Positions 10,184 to 19,629 of a stretch of 64,000 nucleotides of DNA are shown here, piece by piece (within the stretch, counting starts at the first letter, position 1; the number at the start of each line of letters is the position of its first letter). The stretch lies in assembly GCA_964594215.1 (NCBI GenBank), contig CAZQLN010000002.1, positions 41,855 through 105,854 on the forward strand, given 5' to 3'. This DNA is from an uncultured Bdellovibrionales bacterium. GTDB taxonomy: Bacteria; Patescibacteriota; Minisyncoccia; Moranbacterales; UBA1568. The notes below the pieces were generated by a model. It was not told the origin of the DNA, did no database searches, and worked only from the letters and a program-made list of their open reading frames with translations. Both the position numbers and the translations under genes were made by a program.

Positions 10184-10555
10184 TTACAGTCCTGCTTTGA
10201 ATAACTCGATACTCTGTCCTACATTAAGTGTGACGTAGGCCTTCTTCACAGCTTTGCGCTTACCAGCGATTTGTCCTCTACCAAATACTTTTGCCTTACC
10301 AGGAAGGGTGACAATATTCACAGAAGCAACTGTTACTCCATAGACTTCTTCGACAGCCCTTTTGACACTTAACTTAGTTGCCACACTTGCCACCTGAAAT
10401 ACATACTTGCCGTTAGCTCCCATTGTGTAGGCCTTTTCGGTTACACGAGGCTTCAAGAGAACACGGTAGGCGACACCAGACAAATTCATATCAGCCACCG
10501 CTTTCTTGGCTACCTTCTTAGTCTTCTTCTCAGTTTTTTCAGTAAATAGTGCCAT
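10184..10555 (-). CDS. rplW: 50S ribosomal protein L23
   Basis: 123 aa; LLKPRVTEKAY; operon position. Confidence 0.88.
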   Translation of the reverse strand: MALFTEKTEKKTKKVAKKAVADMNLSGVAYRVLLKPRVTEKAYTMGANGKYVFQVASVATKLSVKRAVEEVYGVTVASVNIVTLPGKAKVFGRGQIAGKRKAVKKAYVTLNVGQSIELFKAGL

Positions 10556-10567
10556 AAAATTCTTTTT

Positions 10568-11209
10568 TTACTTCTCCCAAGCTTGGAAGCGCTTGGTAAG
10601 AGCATCTAATCCAGCAACAGAAACGACAACGTACTCGTGATTTAATAATTCAGAAACATTAAGATTAACCGCAAGAGTATTACTTGTTTTTGGAATATTG
10701 CGAGTGACACGAGCATTGCCAAATTCTTCTTCACCAAAAGCGAGTACCGTACTCTTGTAATCCACACCCAAGGCTACGCGGGCATCTCTCCAGAGCTTAG
10801 TTTTCATTTCTGGGAAAGCAAGACTGTCTACTACCAGAAGCTTCTGGCCACGAATTTTTTCAGCCAAAGCGATCATTACTGCTTTCTGACGCATCTTTTT
10901 GTTGGTGTCCTTACCATAGACTTCCTCCTTGCGAGGACCAAAAACAACACCACCTTTACGCCACACTGGGTTACGAACTTCACCGACACGAGCCCGTCCG
11001 GTTCCCTTTTGTTTCCAAGGCTTTTTACCAGAACCGGCACGCTCAGAGCGATCCTTTGTGTGAGCAATGGTCTGACGCTCGTTGGCAGCTAAAGCTACAT
11101 ACACCTGATGAAGGAGAACGTCGTTTTTAGGAAGACCAAAGATCGCCTCACTCAAAGTGATGTCTTTGACTTTCTTGCCTGCGAGATTAGTGACAGCTAC
11201 TTGTATCAT
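10568..11209 (-). CDS. rplD: 50S ribosomal protein L4
   Basis: 213 aa; KPWKQKGTGRARVG motif. Confidence 0.92.
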   Translation of the reverse strand: MIQVAVTNLAGKKVKDITLSEAIFGLPKNDVLLHQVYVALAANERQTIAHTKDRSERAGSGKKPWKQKGTGRARVGEVRNPVWRKGGVVFGPRKEEVYGKDTNKKMRQKAVMIALAEKIRGQKLLVVDSLAFPEMKTKLWRDARVALGVDYKSTVLAFGEEEFGNARVTRNIPKTSNTLAVNLNVSELLNHEYVVVSVAGLDALTKRFQAWEK

Positions 11210-11220
11210 AAAAATATTCT

Positions 11221-11823
11221 TTAGGCTCCGATAACTTTCACAATTCTTCCATTCACACCCGGTACCGCTCCGCGTACTGCTAGAATACCCTCTTCTGGGT
11301 TAACATAAGCCACCATCAAGTTCTGAACAGTCATTTGCTCTCCACCCATACGTCCAGCCATACGGCGACCCTTAATAACATGTTCAGGGAATGTTGCTCC
11401 AATTGAACCTGGTTTACGCATATCATGTTTACGACCATGAGACGCAGGAGCTCCGCGAAAGCCATAACGCTTCACTACACCCTGAAAACCCTTAGCTTTT
11501 GTCGTACCAGTAATATTAACCTTTTCACCAACACTGAACTGATCGACACCGAGAGTGGTTCCTACTTCAGTGCTATCAAGAAAAGCCTGAACTTCCGCCT
11601 GTTCTTCTGCTGTTAAATCTTTATCGAGACGAAATTCTTTGAGAACTTGCTTACGAGTAGTTTTAGCTGTAGTTACTTCAAGAGCCTGGTAACCATGCTT
11701 CTCAGTTGTACGCTTACCAGCTACCTTGTTTTCAGTGAAGGCAATCAGGGTCACATTCAACGCCCCCCTTTGTTCATCAAAGAGAGTAGTCATTCCGAGT
11801 TTTTTTCCGATCAGAAATTTCAT
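11221..11823 (-). CDS. rplC: 50S ribosomal protein L3
   Basis: MKFLIGKKLGMTTLFDE...; GFQGVVKRYGFRG. Confidence 0.93.
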   Translation of the reverse strand: MKFLIGKKLGMTTLFDEQRGALNVTLIAFTENKVAGKRTTEKHGYQALEVTTAKTTRKQVLKEFRLDKDLTAEEQAEVQAFLDSTEVGTTLGVDQFSVGEKVNITGTTKAKGFQGVVKRYGFRGAPASHGRKHDMRKPGSIGATFPEHVIKGRRMAGRMGGEQMTVQNLMVAYVNPEEGILAVRGAVPGVNGRIVKVIGA

Positions 11824-12044
11824 AGACGTTTAAGTGTGGTAGTGATCTTTAGTAAACAAAAAACTGACTTCATCGTGCTAGCCAGTTTCTCAAAAGAAGA
11901 AACGTTGGCCCGTACAGTATCACACTCTCATCATCGATACTATGCTTCTGAGAGTGGACTGAAACGAGTTACTTGGAAGTATTCCTTTGCAACAATTTTC
12001 TTCTTTTGAAGAATACTCTTGCAAAGGAACCTTCTACCCTTGAA

Positions 12045-12374
12045 TTACATTTTTATTTCTACATCGACCCCTGCTGGAAGATCAAGATTGGTCAGATTAT
12101 CGATTGTCTTCGCGGTTGGGTTAACAATATCAATGAGTCTCTTGTGGACACGCATTTCGAACTGATCTCGAGAGTTTTTGTGTACAAAAGTTGACTTGTT
12201 TACGGTCATACGATGAATCTCAGTCGGCAATGGAACTGGACCAGTAATCTGAGCTCCAGAACGCTCTGCTGTTTCCACAATTTTACGTGCAGACTGGTCT
12301 ACGATCTTGTGATCATAGGCCTTAATCTTGATGCGTACGCGAAGGGTACTAGGGGCAACTTCTGTTTTTTTCAT
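12045..12374 (-). CDS. rpsJ: 30S ribosomal protein S10
   Basis: [40 protein letters not shown]. Confidence 0.94.
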   Translation of the reverse strand: MKKTEVAPSTLRVRIKIKAYDHKIVDQSARKIVETAERSGAQITGPVPLPTEIHRMTVNKSTFVHKNSRDQFEMRVHKRLIDIVNPTAKTIDNLTNLDLPAGVDVEIKM

Positions 12375-12422
12375 GGTTCTGTATAGAATATACTGCTTGT
12401 GTTCGTTTTCAAGGGAACAATG

Positions 12423-12451
12423 GTAGAGAGTAAATTTATTCTACTCTCTAC
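12423..12451 (-). promoter_or_regulatory. Stable hairpin in the tuf-rpsJ intergenic spacer (no U-tract; candidate processing or attenuation structure)
   Basis: GTAGAGAGTA-aatttattc-TACTCTCTAC, a perfect 10-bp stem. Confidence 0.4.
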
Positions 12452-12474
12452 TCCAGTTACCTCCAAAAGAAAAC

Positions 12475-13665
12475 TTATTTGATAACGGTTACTACTACAC
12501 CAGCTCCTACGGTACGACCACCTTCACGGATAGCAAAGCGCATACCTTCTTCCATAGCGACTGGGGCGAGGAGTTTCACTTTCATATTGATCGTATCTCC
12601 AGGCATCACCATCTCTGTTCCTTCAGGAAGTTCTACTTCTCCAGTCACGTCAGTTGTACGAATGTAGAACTGAGGCTTGTAACCCTTGAAGAAAGGAGTA
12701 TGACGTCCGCCTTCTTCTTTAGAAAGGATATAAACCTCTGCTTCAAACTCAGTGTGAGGCTTGATAGAGCCAGTTTTAGCCAAAACCTGACCACGCTCTA
12801 CGTCCTCTTTCTTGATACCGCGAATAAGGATACCGGCATTATCCCCACAAATACCCTTATCAAGAGATTTGTTGAACATTTCAATACCAGTCACTACTGT
12901 CTTCTGTGTGTCACGAAGACCAACAATTTCTACTTCTTCGTTTAGGTTGATGATTCCACGCTCGATACGTCCAGTGACCACAGTTCCACGACCTTCAATT
13001 GAGAAAATATCTTCGATAGGAAGGAGGAAAGGCTTTTCAGTATCACGAACTGGTTCTGGAATTTTGGTATCAAGAGCTGCCATCAAATCCCAGATTGGCT
13101 TAGCTTCTGCGCTGTCAACATCCTTGGTCTCAAGAGCCTTCAAAGCACTTCCACGAACTACAGTTGCATTAGCACCATCAAATTCATATTTAGAAAGAAG
13201 TTCGCGAACCTCCTCTTCTACGAGGTCTACGAGTTCTGCATCATCCACCATGTCTACCTTGTTAAGGAAAACGACGATTTCAGGAACACCCACCTGACGA
13301 GCAAGCAAGATGTGCTCACGAGTCTGAGGCATAGGACCATCAGTAGCAGAAACTACGATGATAGCGCCATCCATCTGAGCAGCACCAGTAATCATGTTTT
13401 TGATATAGTCAGCGTGACCAGGACAGTCAACGTGAGCATAGTGACGAGCGTCTGTTTCATATTCACAGTGAGCAGTAGCGATGGTGATACCACGATCGCG
13501 CTCTTCAGGAGCCTTATCGATTTCATCAATACCACGCTCTTTAGCAAATCCCTTCATGCTCAACACATGAAGAATTGCGGCTGTCAATGTAGTCTTTCCA
13601 TGGTCAACATGACCAATGGTACCGACGTTTACATGAGGCTTATTACGTTGAAACTGCTCTGCCAT
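12475..13665 (-). CDS. tuf: Elongation factor Tu
   Basis: 396 aa; [26 protein letters not shown] GTPase motifs; stop codon at 12475-12477. Confidence 0.97.
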   Translation of the reverse strand: MAEQFQRNKPHVNVGTIGHVDHGKTTLTAAILHVLSMKGFAKERGIDEIDKAPEERDRGITIATAHCEYETDARHYAHVDCPGHADYIKNMITGAAQMDGAIIVVSATDGPMPQTREHILLARQVGVPEIVVFLNKVDMVDDAELVDLVEEEVRELLSKYEFDGANATVVRGSALKALETKDVDSAEAKPIWDLMAALDTKIPEPVRDTEKPFLLPIEDIFSIEGRGTVVTGRIERGIINLNEEVEIVGLRDTQKTVVTGIEMFNKSLDKGICGDNAGILIRGIKKEDVERGQVLAKTGSIKPHTEFEAEVYILSKEEGGRHTPFFKGYKPQFYIRTTDVTGEVELPEGTEMVMPGDTINMKVKLLAPVAMEEGMRFAIREGGRTVGAGVVVTVIK

Positions 13666-13832
13666 AACTTTAGTGGATCGTACACTTTCTCTTTGCTAGA
13701 AAGAAAAAGAGCCGATATATTCCTAAAAAATTAGTTCTTATAATTATTTTTACTTTTTTCCTGTTTTCCCCTCTACTGAACGATTTTTTGCTCAGAAAAA
13801 GAAAAAAGCTTGTTCAAAAAGCATCACAAAGA

Positions 13833-13861
13833 ATAATAACAATTGACCCGAATATTGTCAA
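13833..13861 (-). promoter_or_regulatory. Sigma70-type promoter upstream of tuf
   Basis: Minus strand TTGACA (13856-13861), 17-nt spacer, TATTAT (13833-13838); same architecture as the rpsL promoter; ~160-nt leader to tuf. Confidence 0.6.
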
Positions 13862-13971
13862 GCTTTTAGGAGTCTTTTTTGTTCTATGTGTGTCCTTTTA
13901 CCAAAAATCCTTTATCTAAAAGAAAAACAGCACGTGGTCGGGACAATCCCCAACCACGCGCTCTGGCACTT

Positions 13972-14322
13972 CTAAAATCCTGATGAGAGCCTCCTTTGTA
14001 TCCACTTATCGATTCCGTCCTCAGGGATAACAATGACAGCCCTCTCTGATGGCATATCTATATCCACCATTGGCATAAACATTCTTCGCCCTATTCTCCG
14101 TTTTTTTTGGGTAAGGGCTCTGTTACTCCTAAGAACTTCGATTCTTTTCTCCCTTGAAGGAATACCTACCAATGTATCCCAAAACTCTTGGGATACCTTA
14201 AGAACCTCAAAGACTTCAAGATTTCCGACCTTGCATAGTGGACATTTTTTAACAAATACCCAGCCGTCATCAACAGCTCTCGGCTCCATGCCCAACAACC
14301 GTAGAAAATGCAAATAATCCAT
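13972..14322 (-). CDS. Hypothetical 116-aa protein with a single CPLC motif, inserted between fusA and tuf
   Basis: ATG at 14320-14322 preceded by a consensus SD (AGGAGG at 14328-14333, 5-nt spacer); no family recognised; U-rich imperfect hairpin downstream at about 13920-13968. Confidence 0.5.
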   Translation of the reverse strand: MDYLHFLRLLGMEPRAVDDGWVFVKKCPLCKVGNLEVFEVLKVSQEFWDTLVGIPSREKRIEVLRSNRALTQKKRRIGRRMFMPMVDIDMPSERAVIVIPEDGIDKWIQRRLSSGF

Positions 14323-14434
14323 CTCTTCCTCCTAAATTTCAAAAGAGCATTGCTCTGGACTAAAATCTTGCCAGTCAAATTACTGGACTCCATAGACTAC
14401 TCTCTCCTCCGTATCCTGTCAATTAGACTAAAAC

Positions 14435-14456
14435 AAAAAACCGCCCTCGCGGACGG
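14435..14456 (-). terminator. Rho-independent terminator after fusA
   Basis: Minus-strand RNA CCGUCCGCGAGGGCGG (6-bp GC stem, GCGA loop) followed by U7. Confidence 0.65.
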
Positions 14457-14474
14457 TTCTTCTAATTTCAACTT

Positions 14475-16574
14475 TTACTCGTTCTTTGGAGCAGTACGTA
14501 CACCTATGATCTCTTGAGCAACATTATTCGGTACTTCAGCATAGTGACTAAATTCCATTGCATAACTAGCTCGCCCCTGACTCATAGAACGCATCTGAGT
14601 AGCATAGCCAAACATAGAAGAAAGAGGGACTTCAGCGTGAATCTCCTTCACAGCAGAAGCACCTTCTCCACGAGGAATCATTTCTTTGATCATCCCGCGC
14701 TTAGAAGAGAGGTCTCCTACGATATCTCCCATGAACTGTTCTGGGGTGGTTACCGCCACCTTCATGACTGGCTCAAGAATAACCGGCTTAGCCTTCTTGG
14801 CAGCCTCTTTATAAGCCAATGATCCAGCCACGCGGAAAGCGGCTTCTGAAGAATCGACGTCATGATATGATCCATCAAATACAGTCGCCTTAACATCTAC
14901 CATTGGATAGCCCGCGAGAATCCCAGTCTCCATCGCTTCTTGGATACCCTTATCAATAGGCTTAATAAATTCTTGAGGAATGACACCTCCCTTAATTTCA
15001 TCGGCAAACTCATAGCCAGCTCCCACCTCCTGAGGTTCAAGACGAATCCAACAGTGACCATACTGTCCCCGTCCACCACTCTGGCGAACATACTTGCCTT
15101 CTGCCTCAGCTTTCATACGAATGGTCTCACGGTAGGCTACCTGTGGACGACCCACATTCACTTCTACTTTAAACTCGCGCTTCATACGATCCACCAGAAT
15201 ATCAAGATGCAGCTCTCCCATACCAGAAAGAATAGTTTGACCAGTCTCTACATCCGTACGAACACGGAAGGTTGGATCTTCTTCCATCAATTTCTTCAGC
15301 GCAATACCCATTTTTTCTTGATCGGCCTTTGTCTTTGGCTCAATCGCAATATCAATAACTGGTTCTGGGAAAATAATTGATTCGAGAATAACTGGAAAAT
15401 CAATATCACAAAGCGTATCTCCGGTAGTCGTCACCTTCATACCAACTAAGGCTCCGATATCTCCAGCACTAAGCTCTTCAATTTCTTCACGAGAATTTGA
15501 ATGCATACGAAGAATACGTCCAATACGCTCCTTTTCACCCTTAGTGGCATTATAAACATATGAGCCAGCCTTGATGGTACCAGAATAAACACGGAAGAAA
15601 GTCAGTTGACCGACGAATGGATCGGTAGCCACTTTAAAAGCAAGAGCTGAGAATTTTTCGCTGTCGTCAGTTTTACGCTCAATAGGTTGTTCCGTATTCG
15701 CATCAATGGCCACAATCGGTGGGATATCCAGTGGTGATGGCAAATAATCTACTACACCATCAAGTACCAATTGGACACCTTTGTTGCGAAGAGCTGTACC
15801 CGTGAAGACAGGAATGAGACGCACATTGATAACAGCCTGACGCAAAGCGGCTTTGAGTTCAGAAATAGAGATTTCTTCCCCATTGAGATATTTCTCAGTC
15901 AAGGTATCATCTGTCTCGGAAATTTTCTCTACCATTTTTTCTCGCCAAGCTTTTGCCTTATCAAGAAGCTCTGCTGGAATTTCATCTTCTGTAATGATTT
16001 CGCCCATAGAGCCACTGAACGTGTAGGACTTCATTTTCATCAAATCGATCACTCCATAGAAATCTCCTCGTTCCCCCATTGGTAACTGAACCGCTACAGC
16101 ATTAGAGGTTAGACGGTTAGCGATAGAGTCGAGAGCGTTTTCAAAGTCAGCACCCTCTTTGTCAATTTTGTTGATAAAACAAATACGTGGCACATTGTAC
16201 TTATCAGCCTGACGCCATACGGTTTCTGATTGTGGTTCTACACCTTCTTTACCATCAAAAACTACGACACCTCCATCGAGTACACGCAGTGAACGCTCCA
16301 CCTCAACAGTAAAGTCAACGTGGCCAGGTGTATCGATAATATTGATCTGATGATCTTTCCAATAACAGGTCGTAGCGGCAGAGGTAATGGTAATACCGCG
16401 CTCACGTTCTTGTTCCATCCAGTCCATGGTAGCTTCACCTTCATGAACCTCTCCAATTTTGTGAGTAATACCAGTGTAAAACAAAACACGCTCAGTAGTA
16501 GTTGTTTTACCAGCATCAATATGGGCAATGATACCAATATTGCGAAATTGTTCGAGAGGAGTTTTTTTAGTCAT
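14475..16574 (-). CDS. fusA: Elongation factor G
   Basis: 699 aa; [23 protein letters not shown] motifs. Confidence 0.97.
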   Translation of the reverse strand: MTKKTPLEQFRNIGIIAHIDAGKTTTTERVLFYTGITHKIGEVHEGEATMDWMEQERERGITITSAATTCYWKDHQINIIDTPGHVDFTVEVERSLRVLDGGVVVFDGKEGVEPQSETVWRQADKYNVPRICFINKIDKEGADFENALDSIANRLTSNAVAVQLPMGERGDFYGVIDLMKMKSYTFSGSMGEIITEDEIPAELLDKAKAWREKMVEKISETDDTLTEKYLNGEEISISELKAALRQAVINVRLIPVFTGTALRNKGVQLVLDGVVDYLPSPLDIPPIVAIDANTEQPIERKTDDSEKFSALAFKVATDPFVGQLTFFRVYSGTIKAGSYVYNATKGEKERIGRILRMHSNSREEIEELSAGDIGALVGMKVTTTGDTLCDIDFPVILESIIFPEPVIDIAIEPKTKADQEKMGIALKKLMEEDPTFRVRTDVETGQTILSGMGELHLDILVDRMKREFKVEVNVGRPQVAYRETIRMKAEAEGKYVRQSGGRGQYGHCWIRLEPQEVGAGYEFADEIKGGVIPQEFIKPIDKGIQEAMETGILAGYPMVDVKATVFDGSYHDVDSSEAAFRVAGSLAYKEAAKKAKPVILEPVMKVAVTTPEQFMGDIVGDLSSKRGMIKEMIPRGEGASAVKEIHAEVPLSSMFGYATQMRSMSQGRASYAMEFSHYAEVPNNVAQEIIGVRTAPKNE

Positions 16575-16661
16575 AAATCAATATGTGTTTTTTAGAAAGC
16601 AAAATTATAAAATATGAATCAAAGCAAGAAAACCCTCTTCATAAGGAGGGCTTGAGAAATC

Positions 16662-17129
16662 TTACGCAAAGTGAGCAAAAGCCTTATTAGCCTCAGCCAT
16701 GCGATGAGTATCCTCGCGTTTCTTCATAGCAGCTCCTGTCTTGTTTGAGGCATCAATAAGTTCGTCAGCAAGCTTATGAGCCATACCTTTCCCCTTCTTC
16801 AGGCGACAAGCGTCACGTAACCAACGCATAGCCAAAACCTGACGACGTTCACCAGAAACAGGTACTGGTACCTGATAGTTAGCTCCTCCCACCCGACGGC
16901 TCTTCAATTGTAATAGTGGAGCAACATTCTTAATAGCTTGTTCGAAAATATTGAGACCACCCTTGTTGGTACGCTCATGGATAATATCAAAAGCATCGTA
17001 GATAATTTTCTCAGCTACGCTTTTCTTACCATCCCACATAATCATCCCAACGAAATGACCCACCAAAGGATTCCCATACAGAGGATCTGGCTTCCATTCT
17101 CGCTTAAATTGTCTCTTTCTTCGTGGCAT
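16662..17129 (-). CDS. rpsG: 30S ribosomal protein S7
   Basis: MPRRKRQFKREWKPDPLYGN... Confidence 0.94.
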   Translation of the reverse strand: MPRRKRQFKREWKPDPLYGNPLVGHFVGMIMWDGKKSVAEKIIYDAFDIIHERTNKGGLNIFEQAIKNVAPLLQLKSRRVGGANYQVPVPVSGERRQVLAMRWLRDACRLKKGKGMAHKLADELIDASNKTGAAMKKREDTHRMAEANKAFAHFA

Positions 17130-17167
17130 ACGTTAAAAAATTCAGAGAAACATTTAGAGTTTTGTAA

Positions 17168-17587
17168 TTAGTCCTTCTTTACCTTTTCTTTCTTAGCACC
17201 ATACTTGCTACGGCTCTGCTTACGTTGGACCCCGGCTGAGTCAAACACCCCACGTACAACGTGATAGCGGACACCTGGAAGATCTTTCACACGACCTCCA
17301 CGAATCATGACGATTGAGTGTTCCTGAAGGTTGTGTCCTTCACCTGGAATATAGGCGGTCACTTCCATACCATTAGTTAAACGAACACGAGCGATCTTAC
17401 GAAGAGCTGAGTTTGGCTTTTTTGGAGTAGTGGTAGAAACTTTGAGACACACGCCGCGCTTGAAAGGGCTCTCATGAGCAGTGTTACTGTTACGTAAAGT
17501 ATTGAGAGAATACGCCATGGCTGGTGACTTGGTCTTCTTCACCAAAGGTTTACGAGGGCGCTTAATAAGTTGATTGATAGTAGCCAC
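17168..17587 (-). CDS. rpsL: 30S ribosomal protein S12 (probable GTG start at 17585-17587; the track start 17629 is a TTG that adds a non-conserved 14-aa leader)
   Basis: From the GTG the product reads (M)[17 protein letters not shown]..., the canonical S12 N-terminus; a sigma70-like promoter lies just upstream at 17665-17693. Confidence 0.88.
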   Translation of the reverse strand: MATINQLIKRPRKPLVKKTKSPAMAYSLNTLRNSNTAHESPFKRGVCLKVSTTTPKKPNSALRKIARVRLTNGMEVTAYIPGEGHNLQEHSIVMIRGGRVKDLPGVRYHVVRGVFDSAGVQRKQSRSKYGAKKEKVKKD

Positions 17588-17664
17588 AACAAGTAGTGCT
17601 AAAAGGGATAAATTAGAATTTCGAATCAAATGAAAAAAGCCAGAGGCTTTTCCGTGTAGTCCCT

Positions 17665-17693
17665 ATAATAGGGCTTCTTTTATTTTTTGTCAA
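17665..17693 (-). promoter_or_regulatory. Sigma70-type promoter of the rpsL-rpsG-fusA (str) operon
   Basis: Minus strand TTGACA (17688-17693), 17-nt spacer, TATTAT (17665-17670); ~70 nt upstream of the S12 GTG. Confidence 0.65.
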
Positions 17694-17751
17694 CTCAAAC
17701 CAACCATGAGTATCCCTAAGAGATGGCCTTTACGCATTTCTCGTTACTGAG

Positions 17752-18474
17752 CTAGACCAAAAGCCCTATATAAAAGCCTAATACACTATAAATAAACACG
17801 CTGATTGGATACGAAAAGAAGACGATCAAGATAAAGAGTAAGAAAAGACCATATTGCTCTAACATGAGCTCTATCCGCTCTGGTATGCGAAAAAGTGTAT
17901 AGAGAAGCTTAGAACCATCAAGAGGTGGTATTGGAAGAAGGTTAAAACAACCAAGAATAACATTCCAAAATATAATCATAAGAAGAAGCCCGAACACCAC
18001 TCCTCCAAATGACCCTGAAAGAGCCTCTCCAAATAATTGGAAGTTTTCTAAGAAAGCCCCTCTTCCACTAATAATGCTATAAAAACGATTGACCATATCA
18101 CCCTTAGCTAATGAACCTAAAGGTAGTAACATGGCTATCAGAGTAGCGAGTGTAGCAATAATGAAGTTAGTTATTGGTCCAGCGAGAGCCACTAAAACTG
18201 GGCCCCATTTCTGATTACGAAGATTGTATGGATTGTAAGGAACGGGCTTAGCCCAACCAAAAGCAAATCCTGTACTCATCATCAAAAGCACTGGCAAAAT
18301 CACCGATCCAAATGGATCAATATGCTTTAGAGGATTCAAATTAAGCCTTCCTGCATACTTAGCAGTTAGATCGCCCAACCATAAAGCCACTACCCCATGG
18401 GATATCTCATGAATAATGACTGAATAAATCAAAATGGCTAAATAGAAGACAATGAGGACTATTTCTTGAGACAT
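17752..18474 (-). CDS. Site-2 protease family (peptidase M50) integral membrane zinc metalloprotease
   Basis: HEISHG (HExxH) in TM1 and NLLPIPPLDGSKL (LDG motif); 240 aa multi-TM. Confidence 0.8.
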   Translation of the reverse strand: MSQEIVLIVFYLAILIYSVIIHEISHGVVALWLGDLTAKYAGRLNLNPLKHIDPFGSVILPVLLMMSTGFAFGWAKPVPYNPYNLRNQKWGPVLVALAGPITNFIIATLATLIAMLLPLGSLAKGDMVNRFYSIISGRGAFLENFQLFGEALSGSFGGVVFGLLLMIIFWNVILGCFNLLPIPPLDGSKLLYTLFRIPERIELMLEQYGLFLLFILIVFFSYPISVFIYSVLGFYIGLLV

Positions 18475-18574
18475 TGGATCATATCTATGGATTACGCTAA
18501 AAGGAGACTTGCTAAAATTCTATTCTCATGATACTCTGGAACCTACAAGTATTCAACCCAACGTATTTATTCTT

Positions 18575-18751
18575 ATGAGTCGAGTTTGTCAAATGACTGG
18601 CCGTGGTACCCAAACCGGAAACTCTCGTAGTCACTCCAACATTGCTACCCGTCGGAAATTCAAAGTGAACGTCCAAACTAAGCGTCTTGGTGGTATGAAG
18701 CTCCGTCTTTCTACCCGCGCTATCCGTACCCTGACTAAAGCTTCTAAATAA
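18575..18751 (+). CDS. rpmB: 50S ribosomal protein L28 (start re-set to the ATG at 18575)
   Basis: MSRVCQMTGRGTQTGNSRSHSNIATRRKFKVNVQ matches the L28 N-terminus; terminator hairpin follows. Confidence 0.85.
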   Translation: MSRVCQMTGRGTQTGNSRSHSNIATRRKFKVNVQTKRLGGMKLRLSTRAIRTLTKASK

Positions 18752-18784
18752 GAAGACTAGTTTCTCTATAAGATTAAACAAACG

Positions 18785-18811
18785 AAAACCCTTTGCGGGT
18801 TTTTCTTTTTT
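18785..18811 (+). terminator. Terminator after rpmB
   Basis: AAACCC-TTTGC-GGGTTT followed by a T-run. Confidence 0.6.
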
Positions 18812-18813
18812 AG

Positions 18814-18884
18814 TCGGGATGCCGAGAATTGAACTCGGTCTACACCCACCCCATGGGCGCGTACTACCGGTATACTACACCCCG
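18814..18884 (-). tRNA. tRNA-Pro (anticodon GGG), 71 nt, CCA not encoded
   Basis: Cloverleaf folded by hand: acceptor CGGGGTG/CATCCCG (one G-U pair), D-stem GTAT/GTAC, anticodon stem CGCCC/GGGTG, loop AUGGGGU (U33, GGG, G37), T-arm CCGAG-TTCAATT-CTCGG, discriminator A. Confidence 0.75.
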
Positions 18885-18950
18885 TTCGATCAATATTATA
18901 TCAAAAAATCCCCTCTTATGAAGGGATTTTCTTGTACCTCTAAAGGCCTT

Positions 18951-19559
18951 CTACTCTAAGATACCGTCGAGGTTCACATCATATAGAATAGCATCCTGAA
19001 CTAAGCGATAGTTGAGAATCTCATTTTCTCCAAACCAGATAGGAATTTCTCGATCTGCCTCTTCTGGACTATCTGAACAATGAACAAGGTTGCGCACCGC
19101 TCGATTGTCGATGCTAGAAAGAGCATACGAATCTACAGTCAGATCACCACGAATAGTTCCCACATCAGAAGTCGTTGGCTCTGTGCCACCAACAATTTTC
19201 TTAACGATAGCCACCGACTGATTACCCTCGATAATAAAAGCCAGCACTGGACCAGATGTAAAGAAATCAACATTGCTCTGAATAATATCCTTACCGTACT
19301 CAAGAGGCTCTTTTTCAATAGGAAGACCTTGGTTAGTACGATCCTCTACAATACGATTACCCTTAAGCATAAACCAGGCCTCGTCCTTGTTATAATGAGT
19401 CCAACACTGATCGGCTACTGGCAGAAGGAATTTCATAGCCACAAATTTCAAACCTGTGCGCTCAAAACGTGAAAGAATCTCTCCAATCAGGGCTCGCTGT
19501 ACGCCATCCGGTTTAATGATGACCAGAGTGCGCTCTTTTTTGGGATGCATAACTTCCAT
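18951..19559 (-). CDS. ndk: Nucleoside diphosphate kinase, long form (202 aa with an internal insertion and C-terminal extension)
   Basis: ERTLVIIKPDGVQR...NLVHCSDS active-site histidine context. Confidence 0.85.
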   Translation of the reverse strand: MEVMHPKKERTLVIIKPDGVQRALIGEILSRFERTGLKFVAMKFLLPVADQCWTHYNKDEAWFMLKGNRIVEDRTNQGLPIEKEPLEYGKDIIQSNVDFFTSGPVLAFIIEGNQSVAIVKKIVGGTEPTTSDVGTIRGDLTVDSYALSSIDNRAVRNLVHCSDSPEEADREIPIWFGENEILNYRLVQDAILYDVNLDGILE

Positions 19560-19629
19560 AGCAACGTATTTTACAAAATTTTAACTATCAAAGTATATCA
19601 CACATTTGGTTCATCTGCAAGTCTACTGT

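Noticed and set aside
12812-13297. 161-aa Ser/Thr-rich plus-strand ORF
   Set aside because: It is entirely antisense to tuf. Such antisense ORFs are a known artefact of EF-Tu codon bias. It has no SD or independent support.
14166-14393. 75-aa minus-strand ORF overlapping the CxxC ORF
   Set aside because: It is out of frame with, and overlaps, the 116-aa ORF that has a consensus SD. This one has no SD and would run across the fusA terminator region.
16575-16661. Imperfect hairpin (CCCTC..GAGGG) between rpsG and fusA
   Set aside because: It is short, imperfect and only weakly U-rich downstream. It may be a minor attenuator but is not convincing enough to call.
17588-17629. 14-aa N-terminal leader on S12 from the track start
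   Set aside because: The track start is a TTG and the added residues ([14 protein letters not shown]) are not S12-like. The canonical S12 N-terminus (ATINQL) begins at the GTG at 17587.
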